From a virus (lineage: Duplodnaviria; Caudoviricetes), in IMG/VR virus record IMGVR_UViG_3300029928_000001, positions 64,001 to 128,000 of that record: 64,000 bases of DNA; one strand, 5' to 3'. Under the pieces are notes generated by a model. It saw nothing but the letters and a program-made list of their open reading frames with translations. It ran no database searches and was not told the origin of the DNA. The position numbers were made by a program, and so were the translations under genes. Shown piece after piece: positions 46,562-60,417 of this stretch. Position 1 is the stretch's first letter. Each line of letters starts with the position of its first letter.

Positions 46562-49500
46562 TTAAGCAAAACGTGCATAAAAACCTTCTTGCTACTCCGC
46601 AGTATAGCCATATAAAGTTACACCATCATTTCGTAATTGTAATACTTTTTTGTTAGCAGCACCACCGCTAGCGCTAATGTCAGAACCAACAGCAACTAAA
46701 TATATTCCTTCTCCTGCTCCATAAATAGATACACCGTCATAATCTGCTTTAGTACCAGCTGAACCAATCTATAAACGATCATTTCCACTTTCATTTATAT
46801 TATTAATACCAATCAAAAAATACGCTGCATTGGCTGAACTAGCAGAAGGACGATAAATATTTGAAGCAATAAATAAAGTATTTCCACTAAACTTAAATTT
46901 ATCCCCTAAAGAAAATCTTCCATTACTGCCTAAAAATATTCCTTCTGACCCTCCATAAGTTCCTTTATTGTTATTCGAATAAATACTATTTGACGTTATC
47001 GTAAAACCACCAATTGTACCGCTCTTAGCTGTTATATTTCCTGAGCTATCAACTGAAAATGTAGGATCATATGAATTAGGTATATATATTTCACTACCAG
47101 TAATAGTACCACTAAAATTACCATTAACAGCAGTTAAAGTACCATCCCATGTTACCCAAAATTTAGAACCAATTTTAAAAGGATAACTATTTGAATCAGG
47201 ATTTGCATTTAATTCAATATTTCCAGAAGAAGAACGTAATTTAATTAATCCATCATCAAAATCTAGCATCATCCCTCTATTAAAAGTTTGATCATATAAT
47301 TCAGACGTAATAGTGGAATGAGTACCGTCAAATAATAATCTACCTTTTCCAGACTTGCCTATAAATGCTGTACCATCTTCCTTAAAAGCATAGCTCATAG
47401 CTCCTTCATGAAAACCATAAACACCAGTCTATTTAGTTATGTCACCAGAAGAATTTGTATTGCCCCATTCGCCTATGAGAACTCCAGAGAAACGATTCTA
47501 ACTATCTTTTTTACCTGCTGCAATACTTGTGGCAAGAATACTACCTTTATCATAATCAATAGTTAAACTTTTTCCATCCCATTCGCTCAAAGTTGAAGAA
47601 GGGTAAGTGTTTTGACAAACATAAACAGGCTATGACCATATTACTTCATTATTTAAAAAATATTGTCCGCCATATTTATCAGCATTTTCAACATAAAAAG
47701 CTAATGGTTTTAATACATTGTTATCAAAAGTTCCTACAAATTTTTCACGAGCCGTAGTATCTGTTGTTATATCAGGAGTCCATAATTCCCAAAAACCACC
47801 AGAAGCATCATTAGGCATTAATAAATCCATCGACCCATTATTATTTAAGTCAGTATTATAATGTAATCGCCAAGCTTCTTTGTAATAATCTACATAACCA
47901 GCAGTGCCATAAATTACTTCTTCGGCGCAATCAATAAAAGTAGGTTTATAAACCTTGCTATCATAACTAAAAGATTCTGCCGAAATAGGTACTGGTCGGC
48001 GCACAGTCAAATCAAAATTGCCCCAACCTTTAATTGTTACTTCTAAGATAAGAAATGTATCCATACTTATTTTAGAACTACTTTGTAAAATTACTTCATT
48101 TCGAGCGTTACTCTAATAATAAACTTCTTCAATTTTTAAATTATAATTATTTTCATCAGATGCAGTACCAGTGAAAGGTATAATAGATACATTAGTACCC
48201 GATTTTGCATACCATTTCCATTCTACTCTTGCTTTTGTATCTGTCTCATCGTTTAAATCAATTTCTTGATTCTATGAATCATAGAGCACTGCGCGCACAT
48301 TTAAAGTATCGCCACCATCTTTACTAATTAAACTATGACGATAAGCTGGATCAAAATAAATCCTTAATGTTGCATCTGTTCCAGTTGTACCTGCTTGCCC
48401 AAACCCTAAACGTTTAGATGTAAAATATTCATTACCATTTTTTACTATTTTACATTGAACAATATTATTTTGGGCAGATTGAGCATAAGATTCTTTTATA
48501 AAATAATACTATTCTGCATCAATAGCATATCCATTATTTTTATCTCCATGGCGAGTGATACTAATAATTTTTTCATTATCATCATAAATAACTATACTAT
48601 TATCAGTACATTTAAAAGTATAAATCATTCCAGTCTCATCGACCGACAAAGATGAGATATTTGTAGGGGCAGCAATAATTTTATTTTCATTGTATTTATA
48701 AGAATAGTTAATATTATTTACAATAATCATTGTAGATGTAGTATTAAAAGTCCAAGTAATACTTTCTGCTTCTGTCAATAAAGCAGCAGTATTATTTTTC
48801 TCTAATAACGCATCTTCTGCAGAAAACATTGCGACTAATTTATGCGCTTCTGTAGTACGATACTATTCTAATATTTTATTGCCAGGGTCATAAATATAAT
48901 AATTGCCATAAGAGCCATCAGTGCACCAAATATTTAATCCTGCAAGGAAATCTTTAGTAGCATCATTAACGACTTCTTGTTCATTGGTAAAAGTGATTAT
49001 ATTAGAAACAATATAATCAGTACCTTGTATAATAATTACTTTAATCTATTCATTTTCTTTTTTTGTATTTGGAATAAAAGAATATAAAAAAGAATTTTTA
49101 TTTTCTTCATTTACTCTTTTCCAATACACACCACAATATTCATCAGCGGCTGGAGAACCAAAAGCATATCTATACCAACGTATTTCATAATTTGTAATAT
49201 TTTCTGGCTACACGTTATAGCCTTTTCCTTCATGAAACCATCTTAATTGTATTGTTTTTTCATTAATTGCATCAGACTATTTAGAAGTATAAGTTCTTGT
49301 ATTATTAGTAAATAAAACCGCCGATTCTTCATCAAATTCACCAATATCATATCCTAAACAAATATAAGGATCTTTAACGAATAAATTAGGAATTAATAAA
49401 TTGCCAAATTCATCTTGATATGGTAATAATTCATTGTTTTTATTAATAAAAGTACCTGGTTTTTCATAAAAATATAACTCACCTTTTATTATAGTGCCTA

Positions 49501-50353
49501 AATCAGCAATATTAAATACCTGTTCCTACTAATAAAAACTATTATAATTAAATGGATCTCCATACATATCATTTGTCGATAATGATAAATCATAAGTTTT
49601 ATAAATACTATTATAATATAGTTGTTCTATTTCTGATTTTTGAATTTCTAAACTCTATTTATAAAAAGATTCAGATAATTCAATCTTTAATGTCTCTTTA
49701 ATATAAACATATAAATCAGACTATTCTTCAACAGCCGTTGACTATTTTAAAAATAACTCTTGTAATTCTGCTAATCGACTTTTTTTATCTACAGTAATAT
49801 CATTCGCAATGGTAATTCTTAAAAGAAGCCCATATTCTCCTTTTGCGCATTCCAATTCTGTAAGCCATGAACGAAATTGTGCTTGCAAACCTAATCTTGT
49901 ATATCCATTTAAAGGCTAATTAATTTCTTTAAAATTTTTTTGCCACAATAAAGTCATTTTTACATCTGCCGGATTATTTGCTACTAACCCAATAGTAGAT
50001 ATTGTTTTATCAGTAATTATATTTCCAGTTACATCAACTATTGTCTAAAAAGGAGTCTAAAAAACATATGGCTTATCATTATCAGCCACATATTTTCCAA
50101 TAATTATTTTCTATTGTGAATAATCTCCATTAGGTACAGTTACATATACAACATCATCAAGTTCATATGTTGTATCACTGGAATAAGCATAATAAGTAGC
50201 TGAACCATCTGATACTTCATATTTACCATTTAATGCATAATCAGTATTTATAATAGTAACAGTATCAGTGATATCATAAGAAATGCCTTTTAACCGTTCT
50301 GATATAATCTAATCAACTGACTAAAATAATATCTCAGCATAATCTTTTTGCAT
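46562..50353 (-). CDS. Tail spike/central-fibre-like protein, 1263 aa
   Basis: VYVTVPNGDYS, IAAGKK, FSGVLIG.W, GVYGFHEG..SYAFKEDGTAFIGKSG, SGTIGGF. Single frame with TAG read-through. Confidence 0.75.
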
Positions 50354-50427
50354 ACTTAGCTCTCCTTTCTCTCCATATTTCTATTTTATCATAAAATTTT
50401 AAACAAATCAAATAATCATATTAGTCC

Positions 50428-50463
50428 AAAAGAAAAAAGGAGAGATATTTAATCTCTCCTTAT
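50428..50463 (-). terminator. Terminator after the tape measure gene
   Basis: AAGGAGAGAT-taaat-ATCTCTCCTT followed by a T run. Confidence 0.78.
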
Positions 50464-50465
50464 AA

Positions 50466-53400
50466 TTATTTGCGGTTTGCGTATTGCGCAGCGCGGTTAA
50501 TGAGTGTATCGAATGCTTGTTCGATTTCATTATGATTAACTGCGTTAGGGAATTCCGCATGAATTTTAACTTCTTGCGCAAGTGTCGACTTAGAGCTTCC
50601 CACATTGGCCGCACTAATATTCGATGAACCCGCATAAATAGCTTGTAAATCAATCCTTTGAACTACATCACGAAGAACTTCAATACCTGTTAAGAAGTTT
50701 TTAGTATCTTCCGCATTAAGAACTAATTCTTTCTAATGGAGCATTGCTAGTTTACCTGAATTACCCCACTCTCCAGTATAGCCGCCAGAAGCAAATGTTT
50801 TAATATTTTTTTCAGTATATTTTACCCCTAAAGAATCAAAGAATTTTTTAGCTTTGTCTTTAGTTTTTGCTGTACTATAATGAAGTTTTCCATTAGAATC
50901 ATAAATATAATAACCATGTTTATTCATCATATTTTCAGCTGTATTATTATTCCAATTTTTAGTACCTGTAGAATTAGGATTTTTATTTGCATTTTCAATA
51001 TATTTTTTTAAAGTATCTTCATTTTTGCTATAATGTAATATTCCCTAATTGTCATATCCAGTATAATACTCTTTCTATTCTGCTAGTTGACGTACCCAAG
51101 AATTATATTTATCACTCTCTCCTGTTAATCCATGACTTGCCTAATTTTTAATATCATTATTTGAATTTTCTGCTAATCTAATCATTTCAGAAATAGTATT
51201 AGTAATTTCTTGACGTAATTGAGCATAAGCTGTTGCTGCATCAAGTACACTTTTTGACATACTTTCTAAGGCAGGAATAACCTTCTTCGTTGCTTCTTCT
51301 TTCAAATTTTCTTGCTCTGTTACTAAATTACTAATTTTATCCTTATAATGATCAGCATCTAATCCTAATTTTTCATATACGGCTGAAGTTTTTGTACTGT
51401 AATCTTGCCAAGCGGCATTTGATCCTGCGATCTATTCATCTGTTGCTTTTTTCCAATCGCTCCCTTTATTGATAATATTATCATATGCATGTACCCAAGC
51501 ATCATCAACAGCTCTAGAATCTGTTTCACCAGCAATCCTAAATAATTTAGAATATGTTTCCATAATTTCGCCATATTCTTTAACAATTCTTGTTTTTTCT
51601 ACTTCTCGTTTCTCTTTATCTCCTGCATATTCTTTGTCAATCTAAGCTAATTTTTCTTGCATTTCTTTTTCAGTCTAAATAATTTTTTGCCCATAATTAT
51701 TACGAGCTTTTAATGCAATATTATACAAATCATTATTGGCATCATCTAAATCTTGCTGTGCATCTGCGATAGCGTCGCTATTAGCAGTATAAACATATCC
51801 ATAATTACCTTCACTGTCACGAGAAAGCCGAACAACACTCTTAGCATTCTGTGCTTCTTCTAAAGCAATTTGAGCCTATAACTATTTATATTTAGCTTGA
51901 GCAATTTCTAATTCTAAATTACTTAATTGATTTTTTTCACTCAATTGTTTTACATAATTTTGGTATTCTTTATATTGCTATTTGGCCGCTGCATTATTCG
52001 TTTTTTCTAAATCCTATGTTGCTTTGCGTTGTAATTTAGTTAATTCATATGCTTGATTGACAGGAGTTAAATATTCATCCCAATTAGTCTAAATATTTTT
52101 TAAAGAATCTTCTAAGCTATCGTATCCTAATCCATTAGTAAATGCATCCTCAAGTTTTTCTTTAAGCTAATCAATTGCATTTTCATATAAAGTATTTAAA
52201 GTCGTTAAATAATCTTCTGCAGAGCTTAACTACTAATCATAAGATTCTTGAACTTTTTCTGTTATCTCATCATAATTTTTTAATAACATTTCATATGTCT
52301 TATCATTTGCGATTAAATCCTAATAAGAACCTTTATATGAAGCAACATAATCATCTAATGCTTTTTTTGCAGTTTTTTGTTGAGCTTCATACATTTCATA
52401 TGATCTTGTAGCAACTTCATAATTACTTTTCGCAGTTTTACTTAAAGCTTCATTAATTGCATTAATTTCATCATATTCTTTATTTTTACCTAATAAATCC
52501 ATAATCTTTAAATAATGTTCTAAACTACTAGATACATTATCAATTCGATCAGTATATTTATCAAGCTATTCTTGAACCATATCTAATGTTTCACCATAAT
52601 AAGCTAACATTTGATCGTCTAAATCCTTCAAAGATTTAGCACTATCCAACGCGCCATCCGAAACTTCTTTAAGCCCTTCAACAAAATTAGCTTGTGAAAT
52701 TTTTCCTTGCTCATAAGCTTTTCTTAAACTACTATATTCATTTTGATAAATTTTTAATTGTTGAGTTGTTTTACTAATTTCATTCTAGGAATTATTCTTA
52801 TCATATAATAAAGATAAAGCTTCTGCGCGCTTAAAAACATTATCAGCAATTAAGTCTAATTTTGTCTCTAAAATTTTTAAATCACGTTCATTAATATCTA
52901 ATTTAACTTCTACTTTATAACTTAGTTTATCAAAATAGGTATCTTGTTGATTTCTTAAATTTTCTGCAATTTTTTCCTCTGTTTCAACAATTTCATCGCG
53001 GGTTGATTCAAGTTGAGTTAAACCTTCTGCTAATTTTTCATAAGCTTCTTTAATTTTTTCAACTTTTTTTTGAAGTTTTTCGTCATCAGGATCTTTATTT
53101 AATTTTTTAACCCAATTATCTGCTCGTTTTTTTGCTGCTGCTAAAATTTCGTTATAATTAATAATATCTCCATCTTTATCTAATTTAACTGAAGAAATTT
53201 TACTACCAGTTAACTTATTAAAACTAGAAATTCGTTTATTTGCTGTTTTTTTATCTTGCTCAAAATATTTCTAAGCTAATTTATTACGTTGCTCTAATTG
53301 CTTATTTTCTTTCTCATAAGCTTTGATACGCTTATTCATTTGCGCAATTTTATTAGTACCATACAAGCGATCTTCTAAACTAGAAATTTTTTCAATCTTT

Positions 53401-56400
53401 CTTGCGGTATCATCAAGCTCATCATCAACTCTATGATAGCGCTTTGTCTTACGATCAACTTTGTCAGTTTTAGATTTTGAGCCACCACTGCTACCAGTTG
53501 TGCCACCTTTATTTTTAGATGAATCATTATTTGTTAAGCCATTCGGTTTTTCAGAAATAGTCTATATTTGTGGACGGGTATTATCTCCTTTTTTATTCAT
53601 ATTAAAACCCCATGTGGTTACTACATCATTAATTATAGTTTTTTCTGTAGGCTCTGTATAAGTTTCTTCCGTCCATCCATCAGATGAACCATATTCACCT
53701 TGAACAATTTCATGACGAGTTCGTGTCCCTGTATATGTCTAAGTAGTTGGCTAATCTGCAGAAACATACGTAGCAGAATACTTCATAGCATCCATAATAG
53801 AATCTATCTATGCTTCAGTGAGACCGGCTGCTATAATCATTTTATTTAATGAAGCAATAAATTCTTCTTCATTTACATCAATCGTACAATCTTTAGAAAA
53901 ATCCCAAGCATCTAATTTTTCTTTTAAAGTGTTAAATCCTGTCTATAATTCTTCTGTTAATTCTGGATCTTCTAAATTAGTAGTAATATTAACTAAAATA
54001 TCTTCATAAGCAGCATCACGCAAAGCTTCAATAGCTTTTTCATCACCTTTAGCTGCTTTTTCTAATAACTCCAAATTTTGAGCATTCTTTTTGGCATCAA
54101 AAAAATCAGCAGAAATTGCTGTAGTATCAGTAATATCTAGCACATCACTCAAAGCTTCTCGTAGCCCTTGTAATGCACTATAATATTCTTCTGATTCTTT
54201 GGAACTTTTCTTTAATATATCAATCCAATTTTCACTATTTTTAGATAAAGTTTCAACACCTTTATTCATACGATAAAGTGCAACAGCATAATCATTTGCA
54301 ACTTTTTGATTGTCTGCTAAATTATCTGCAAACTCTGTACTTTCATCAGCAATTTCTTGAATATACTCTGCATAACCAGCCAATTCATCACTTTCAAAAT
54401 CATAAGTTTCTGCGGCACTAGTTAAAAAATCTTGCCCAGCTTCAGTTGCCGCTTCGCGCAATTGTTCTTTAAAATCATCTAAATTAGTAACTTCAGATAA
54501 ATTTGGCATCTCATTTAAAGCCTATTTTTCTAATTCTCCGATAGAACCTAAATAAGACATTGTATCATTTTGATCACTTACATAATTTTTAGAGTCAAAC
54601 AAATCACCAACTTTTTTAGCTTGTGATACAGATAGTTCATGTGCAATTTCTTGAGACTTTTGAGTTAATTCATCAAAAGAACCATAAACATCTTTAATCC
54701 ATTTTTTCGCATTTTCTTGTAACTATTTTAATGAAGCAGTTCCATCCTTGCCATATAATTTTTCATAAGCCTCTCTATATGCTTGACGTAAATCGTTTGC
54801 TTCGTCAGATTCATCATTTAATAATTCTAATTCTTGATAATTCAAATCACTAACTGTACTATCTAAAGACCCTAAAGCTTTGATTATTATATCACCTGAC
54901 TCTTGACGAAGATCTTCAAAAACATCTACTATAGCCTTAACGGCTTCTCCAATGTCTTCATCTGCACTAGTTAATGTTGATGCTACAGTCTCCCATTTTA
55001 TTGTTTGACCTTCATCAGAACCATCATCATAAGTTAATCCATTATCATCTGTACTTTTTAATTTAGATTCTTCAATGCCTAATAAATTTAAATAATCTTT
55101 TGCCGATTCTTCTTGATTAGCCTAAACTTCTTTTAACGTTTTTTTATAATTTTCACCAATAGTATAAGTTTCTTGCAAAATTGCTTTAACCTATTCTGCA
55201 TAATCATATTCATCTAATCCAGTAACTCGAAAAGAAGCAAGCGCAGAAATTTCAGCTTTTGTCTAAGTTTCATACTACTCAACTTTTGCTAAATAAGCAG
55301 CAAACTATTTTTTTTCATCTGCCGTTGGCTCAAGGTCATCTCCAGTAACTAATACAGATGCTGGCAATTCTGAACGCATTTTATCTAATTCAGCCTAACG
55401 CTCATTAATATTGCCAATTAAACTAGCCTACTAAGCCTAATAGACCTATTGATTCGCTTTTGCCTATAAATAATCCTAAATGTTATCTTGCGATAACTAT
55501 TCTACTAAATCTTTTGTTGAATCAATCATTGAAGCAATTTCTGGATATTTTTCTAATATTTCCAAAGCAGATGAATTTGCTTCATTTAAAGCTTCTTGCC
55601 ATTCTTTAGTACCTGCAGTACATGCATCAATACGTTCTACAATTGAATTAAAATTTTCAAAAGTATTCTAAATATCGTTAGCAACAGATTTTGTTTCTTC
55701 TAAAGTAGAATTAAGTTCTTCTGCTGATTCTTGTGCCGCTTGTAATTTTCCTTCTGGAGTTGTTGCCTCCCAAGCATCAAATGCTTTTTTTACTAAAACA
55801 ACAATTCCTACAAGAGCGCTAATACCTGCAGCTACTACACCTAATCCAATTAATAATGGAGTCATAGAAGCCAATAATCCAGCATTGGCAGCAGTTTGAG
55901 CAACAGTTAAATTAATACCTACAATTTTTGCAGCATTTTCTCCCAATAAAGCAACTTTAGACAATCCACGAATAACTAAATTACTTTCCTCAATTGTCTA
56001 ACCTGCTTTAATTGCAGCGTTATAAGTAAGCGCTCCAGTAGCAGCAATTTTTAAAGTTGAAGCAAGCGTACTTATGCCCGTAATCACTTGTGGTAAAGCG
56101 ATTGGCGCAACTGTTAAAAAAGTCATAAATTTTTCGCCCAAGGTTGCATCTTCGCTAGCCAATGTCTAAAACATACTAATTAAAGAACTTATTCCAAAAA
56201 TTATTGAAGAAAGGGCAGTGCTTAATTGCATAATGGTCTAGCCAGTTGTCCCTAAACTATTATTCGCCTATTCTAATGTTTCTAGTATATGTTCTTCAAT
56301 TTGTTTTTGTTTATCTGCCGCCTAATTAACATTTTCTTGTAAATTTCGCTATTGCTGTAATTTTGCAACAATAGCATCATAAACTTGCCCTATTTGACGT

Positions 56401-58658
56401 TCATTCCAATCAATACCTTCATTATTTGCGTATTGCATTGTTTCATTAATTACAGCTGAACGAGCGCTACGATCAATTAATCCACTTTGGGCTTCAAAAA
56501 AATCTGCTTGAAATGCCGCACTTCGATTTCTTTTCCCAGAAGCTCTTAATCTATTATATACAGAATCACCAAGAGTGTTAGATCCATATCTATCACCAAT
56601 ATCAATTAATGCTTGATTTAATTCTTGATTATTTTGATTGCCACTATCTCGATATGCCTTAACGGCAGCCATAATTTCTTCTTTTGCTTTTTGGCTATTT
56701 TTAATCCTATCTTCAATATTTGAAGATGCCATTCTAACCATTCTATCTTCTTCAGTAGTTGTGTTAAAAGTATGGCTATCATAAGCGTGACCCATTAAAT
56801 TTAAAGACGCATCTTCAGCATTTATTTTACTTAAATCAACCTACTTCTATAATTCAATAGTTTGATCTTGCAAAACTTTTAATACTTCTACTTCACTAGC
56901 AAGCTCTTTACTTTTTGACGCGCCAATGATATCAGATATTTCTGCAATTTTTTGCTATAATTGCACCCTAGTCGCCATGTCTTCTGCCATTTGCTAATCA
57001 GTTAAATCAGCCTATGGATTATTAGCAATTATATTAGCTTCTTCAACTGCTTTTTGCTATAATTCTAACGCCTATTTTTTTAATGTACCGTCAGCTAATT
57101 GAATACGATAAACTAATTCATCAACAGATGCACTAATCTAACTGCCAAAGACTTTAAACATTAAAGTAGCTACTAATGGTAATACTGATTTTAAACCACC
57201 TATACGTTCAATAAAAGCATCTAAGCCAGATAATAAATCTGCTAGACTATTATTTAGCTAAATAAAAAAATCATCGTCTAAAAGATCATTATATATGTCT
57301 TCAGCAGCCGCACGTACTCGCTTACGAGCTGCTTCCCAAGATTCAGCATAGATTTCAGCTTGTTCTTCTAAAGTACCATCAGCATTATAAGCAGTCTCTA
57401 AATTTTGTTTCATAAAATCCCAATTATCAAATAATGCCATAAATTGAGAATATTGACGAACACCAGCTACAACTTGAGCTAATGCTACTTTTTGATCATC
57501 AGCAAGTGTCGACCAAGTAGATCCGATATCATTTAAAATATCGTCCATATCTCTTAAATTGCCTTCAGTGTCTTTAATCTATACGCCTACTTTAGCAAGA
57601 CCTTTAGAATATTTATTTAAATCTGTGCCGTCATCTAAAGTATCACCTTGCTGTAATCCTTGAATACGTGAAAATATAGTTTTTAATGCCGTACCAACTA
57701 CATCTTCAGATTGACGTGTTCTATCTACAATGGTTGTAATAGCAGAAGTTGCATATTCAAATGATAAACCAATAGTATCAGCAACCGCTGCAAACTTTTC
57801 AAGACCACCTGCAATTTCTTCAGTGCTTGCCGCTGTACCTGCTCCCAATTTAGTCATTACATCGCCAAAATGTTCAGCTGCTTGGGTGCCATCTTTATTA
57901 AAGTTATTCCAAACAGCAGTCATATAAGAAGATACATCATCAACAGCTTCGCCCGTTACGTTTGCCATTTTAATCGTAGCATTTGTACGTTCTTCTACTT
58001 CACTATCAGACAAACCCTGTTGATAGAAAATTAAAGCAGCATCAGCATATTTTTTTGTAGTTGTACTAAGAGCTTGCGCAGCTTGGTTTGCTCGGTCTGC
58101 AAATTTATCCATTTCCTCAGCACTTAAACCACTAACTATTCTAATATCATTTAATGACTTATTTAATCCTTGAGCATAAGAATAAGCGCTTTGAATCGCT
58201 GATTGAACTCCGTGTATAGCGCTTGATGCAATTTGCCATCTTGCTGTATTTTTTAATGTTGTGGCAAACTCATCTAATAAACTTTGCGTCTATTTAATTG
58301 GAATTTCTGCTTGCATAATAGATTGCGCTAATTGTCCAAATGCTTGTACTCCTGTTGGACCTAACTTTTCTAACTATTGTCTATAATAAGTTAAATCTTT
58401 TGCTCCAGACGATAAAGATTTACTAAATTTTGATAAATCTAAATTACCAGTGTTTACATTTGTAGCTTGTTCTAAAACAGTTTTTAGCTAACTAGCTGCA
58501 TTTTTAGCCTAAATTAAATCATCAGATAACTAAGTAGCGCCCTTAATATTAGTACCAGTTGATAATTGTTCTAACATTTGCTATAAACTTTGTATCTAAC
58601 TTTTCGCTTGGGAAGTATTTGCTGTAAAAGCTAAATTTACATTTAACTATTTTGCCAT
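50466..58658 (-). CDS. Tape measure protein, 2730 aa, TAG-rich
   Basis: LNKSLNDIRIV, ALIFYQQGL, GTALKTIFSRI, VAGVRQYSQFMAL, FASGGYTGEW...AMLH[Q]KELVLN. Seven track fragments share one frame. ATG with RBS AAGGAG. Confidence 0.9.
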
Positions 58659-58694
58659 ACTATCTCCTTTCTCTCACAATATTTTTTACTTTGC

Positions 58695-58741
58695 AAAATA
58701 AAAAATAAGGAGAAAGAGTATTGTTACTCTTTCTCCTTATA
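58695..58741 (-). terminator. Terminator hairpin upstream of the tape measure gene
   Basis: ATAAGGAGAAAGAGTA-acaa-TACTCTTTCTCCTTAT followed by a T run. Confidence 0.78.
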
Positions 58742-58774
58742 CTCTCGATATATTTCAAAATTTTATTAAATCAA

Positions 58775-59287
58775 TTATCCCATTTTGGTTAATATATTTT
58801 TTAATAAAGTTAAATTTTCTGGGTTAGCAATTGTATTTTGAAGATTTTCTACATCCAAACTAAGATTACTATAATCAGAACTTATCCCATCTAAAATTCC
58901 ATAAACCGAATTCTTATACTCATAAATACTTCTAATCAATTCACTCACATATCCATGTACTTCTTGATATGCCTTAATTGGTACAATTTGATAAATTTCG
59001 CTTACTTTTAAAACATCATAAACTTTAAAAATATTCTCCATTTGTTTTTCAGTAATAGAAATATTCGTATAAGCAAAAAATGTTTTTACAGTTAAAAATA
59101 CATTAATCCTCATTGGATTATAATATCCATTTTCATCGACAGAAGAATTTACTATATCTTGCACTAATTCAATTAATTCTTCTATTGGTAAATATTCTTT
59201 AACTTCAATAATATTTCCTTTCCATTCTCTTTCAATTGGTTCAGACTTTTCTTGAAGTTTTAATTTTCCATACGCAACTTTTGCCAT
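58775..59287 (-). CDS. Hypothetical protein, possibly a tail assembly chaperone (TAG-free)
   Basis: Lies immediately upstream of the tape measure gene; IEVKEYLP, AYTNI; RBS AGGAGG. Confidence 0.7.
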   Translation of the reverse strand: MAKVAYGKLKLQEKSEPIEREWKGNIIEVKEYLPIEELIELVQDIVNSSVDENGYYNPMRINVFLTVKTFFAYTNISITEKQMENIFKVYDVLKVSEIYQIVPIKAYQEVHGYVSELIRSIYEYKNSVYGILDGISSDYSNLSLDVENLQNTIANPENLTLLKNILTKMG

Positions 59288-59315
59288 TTAATTAGCCTCC
59301 TTTTTCTCTATTTAG

Positions 59316-59344
59316 AGTTTAACAAAAAATTTTATAATTGTCAA
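59316..59344 (-). promoter_or_regulatory. SigmaA-type promoter inside the structural region
   Basis: TTGACA-17 bp-TAAACT with extended TG. Confidence 0.65.
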
Positions 59345-60363
59345 ATTTTAAGATTTTCTAACAAATTATTAATAACATTATCAATATGTTGATTAATTTG
59401 ATCTGTTGTATTTTCATCACCATTTAAAAATAATTCCTATATTTTTTCTTGAGCCTATTTAACATCAGTACTTTGTTGTATCTTTCTAAAAAAAGATTCT
59501 AATTCTTCTAAATAATTAATCAAAGTAGTAGCAGACATTAAATTTGCTGAATTTGTTTTTATCTAATTTAGTCCTACGTCTCCACCTTTAAAACCTTTTA
59601 CATTATCATATTTTAACTAATTTAAAAAGTATTCTCTCTAAAATTCTTCTGAAGAAATTGAATTTAACTAAGTGCCATATTTATTTATTGTTGCATCAAA
59701 AGCCTAATAAATCCATCCACGATTAAATAATTTAAAACTATAGGCACTTCGTCCTCTTTTTCCATTTCCTTCGTTAGGCTACCAAGCGTAAGCTCGTTCT
59801 TTTTTGCCATATTTAGATTCTATTTCTTTGTTAATAATATAATTAGTTTTTGAACGACCAGGATGACGAAATTTATTAATTACATCAAAGTGCTTCTTAA
59901 ATGCGTCTTCAGCTTTTGTATCATGTTTTAATTTATTTAATTTTTCTTTTGAAAGTACTCCAGGTAAACGTAAAGTTGTTTTGTCACGATAAACTAAATT
60001 CATTAATTCGCTTTCTGTTAAAGTATATATTTTTACTTCATTTAATTCACCGCTACGATAATAAATTTTATACTAAATTTCCTAATCTTTACCTAAAAAA
60101 TATGTTCTAACAGCCATAATTAATTCATAAGATTTTTTTAATTCCTCTTCTAATTTTTTATCAATAATAGCATTTTTATTTTTCGTCCTTTTATTAATAG
60201 AATAAGTATTAACGCAATATTCTAAAGTTTTCTTCTATAAAGCTAAAAGTTTTATTTTATTCTCGACAGTCGCATTAGCCCATTTTATTGTATCAAAAAC
60301 TACATTATTAGCTACTAAATCATATATTTCCTTTTTATCAGACTAATCTATATATTGCTCCAT
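59341..60363 (-). CDS. Hypothetical protein, 340 aa, TAG-rich
   Basis: ATG 60363 with RBS AGGTG, open to TGA 59341-59343 under code 15; GFKGGDV motif. Confidence 0.65.
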
Positions 60364-60378
60364 AGCTATCACCTATAA

Positions 60379-60410
60379 TAAAAATAAGGGGAGTTCACAA
60401 ACTCCCCTAT
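60379..60410 (-). terminator. Terminator after the major tail gene
   Basis: AGGGGAGTT-tgtg-AACTCCCCT followed by a T-rich tract. Confidence 0.75.
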
Positions 60411-60417
60411 AAAGTTA

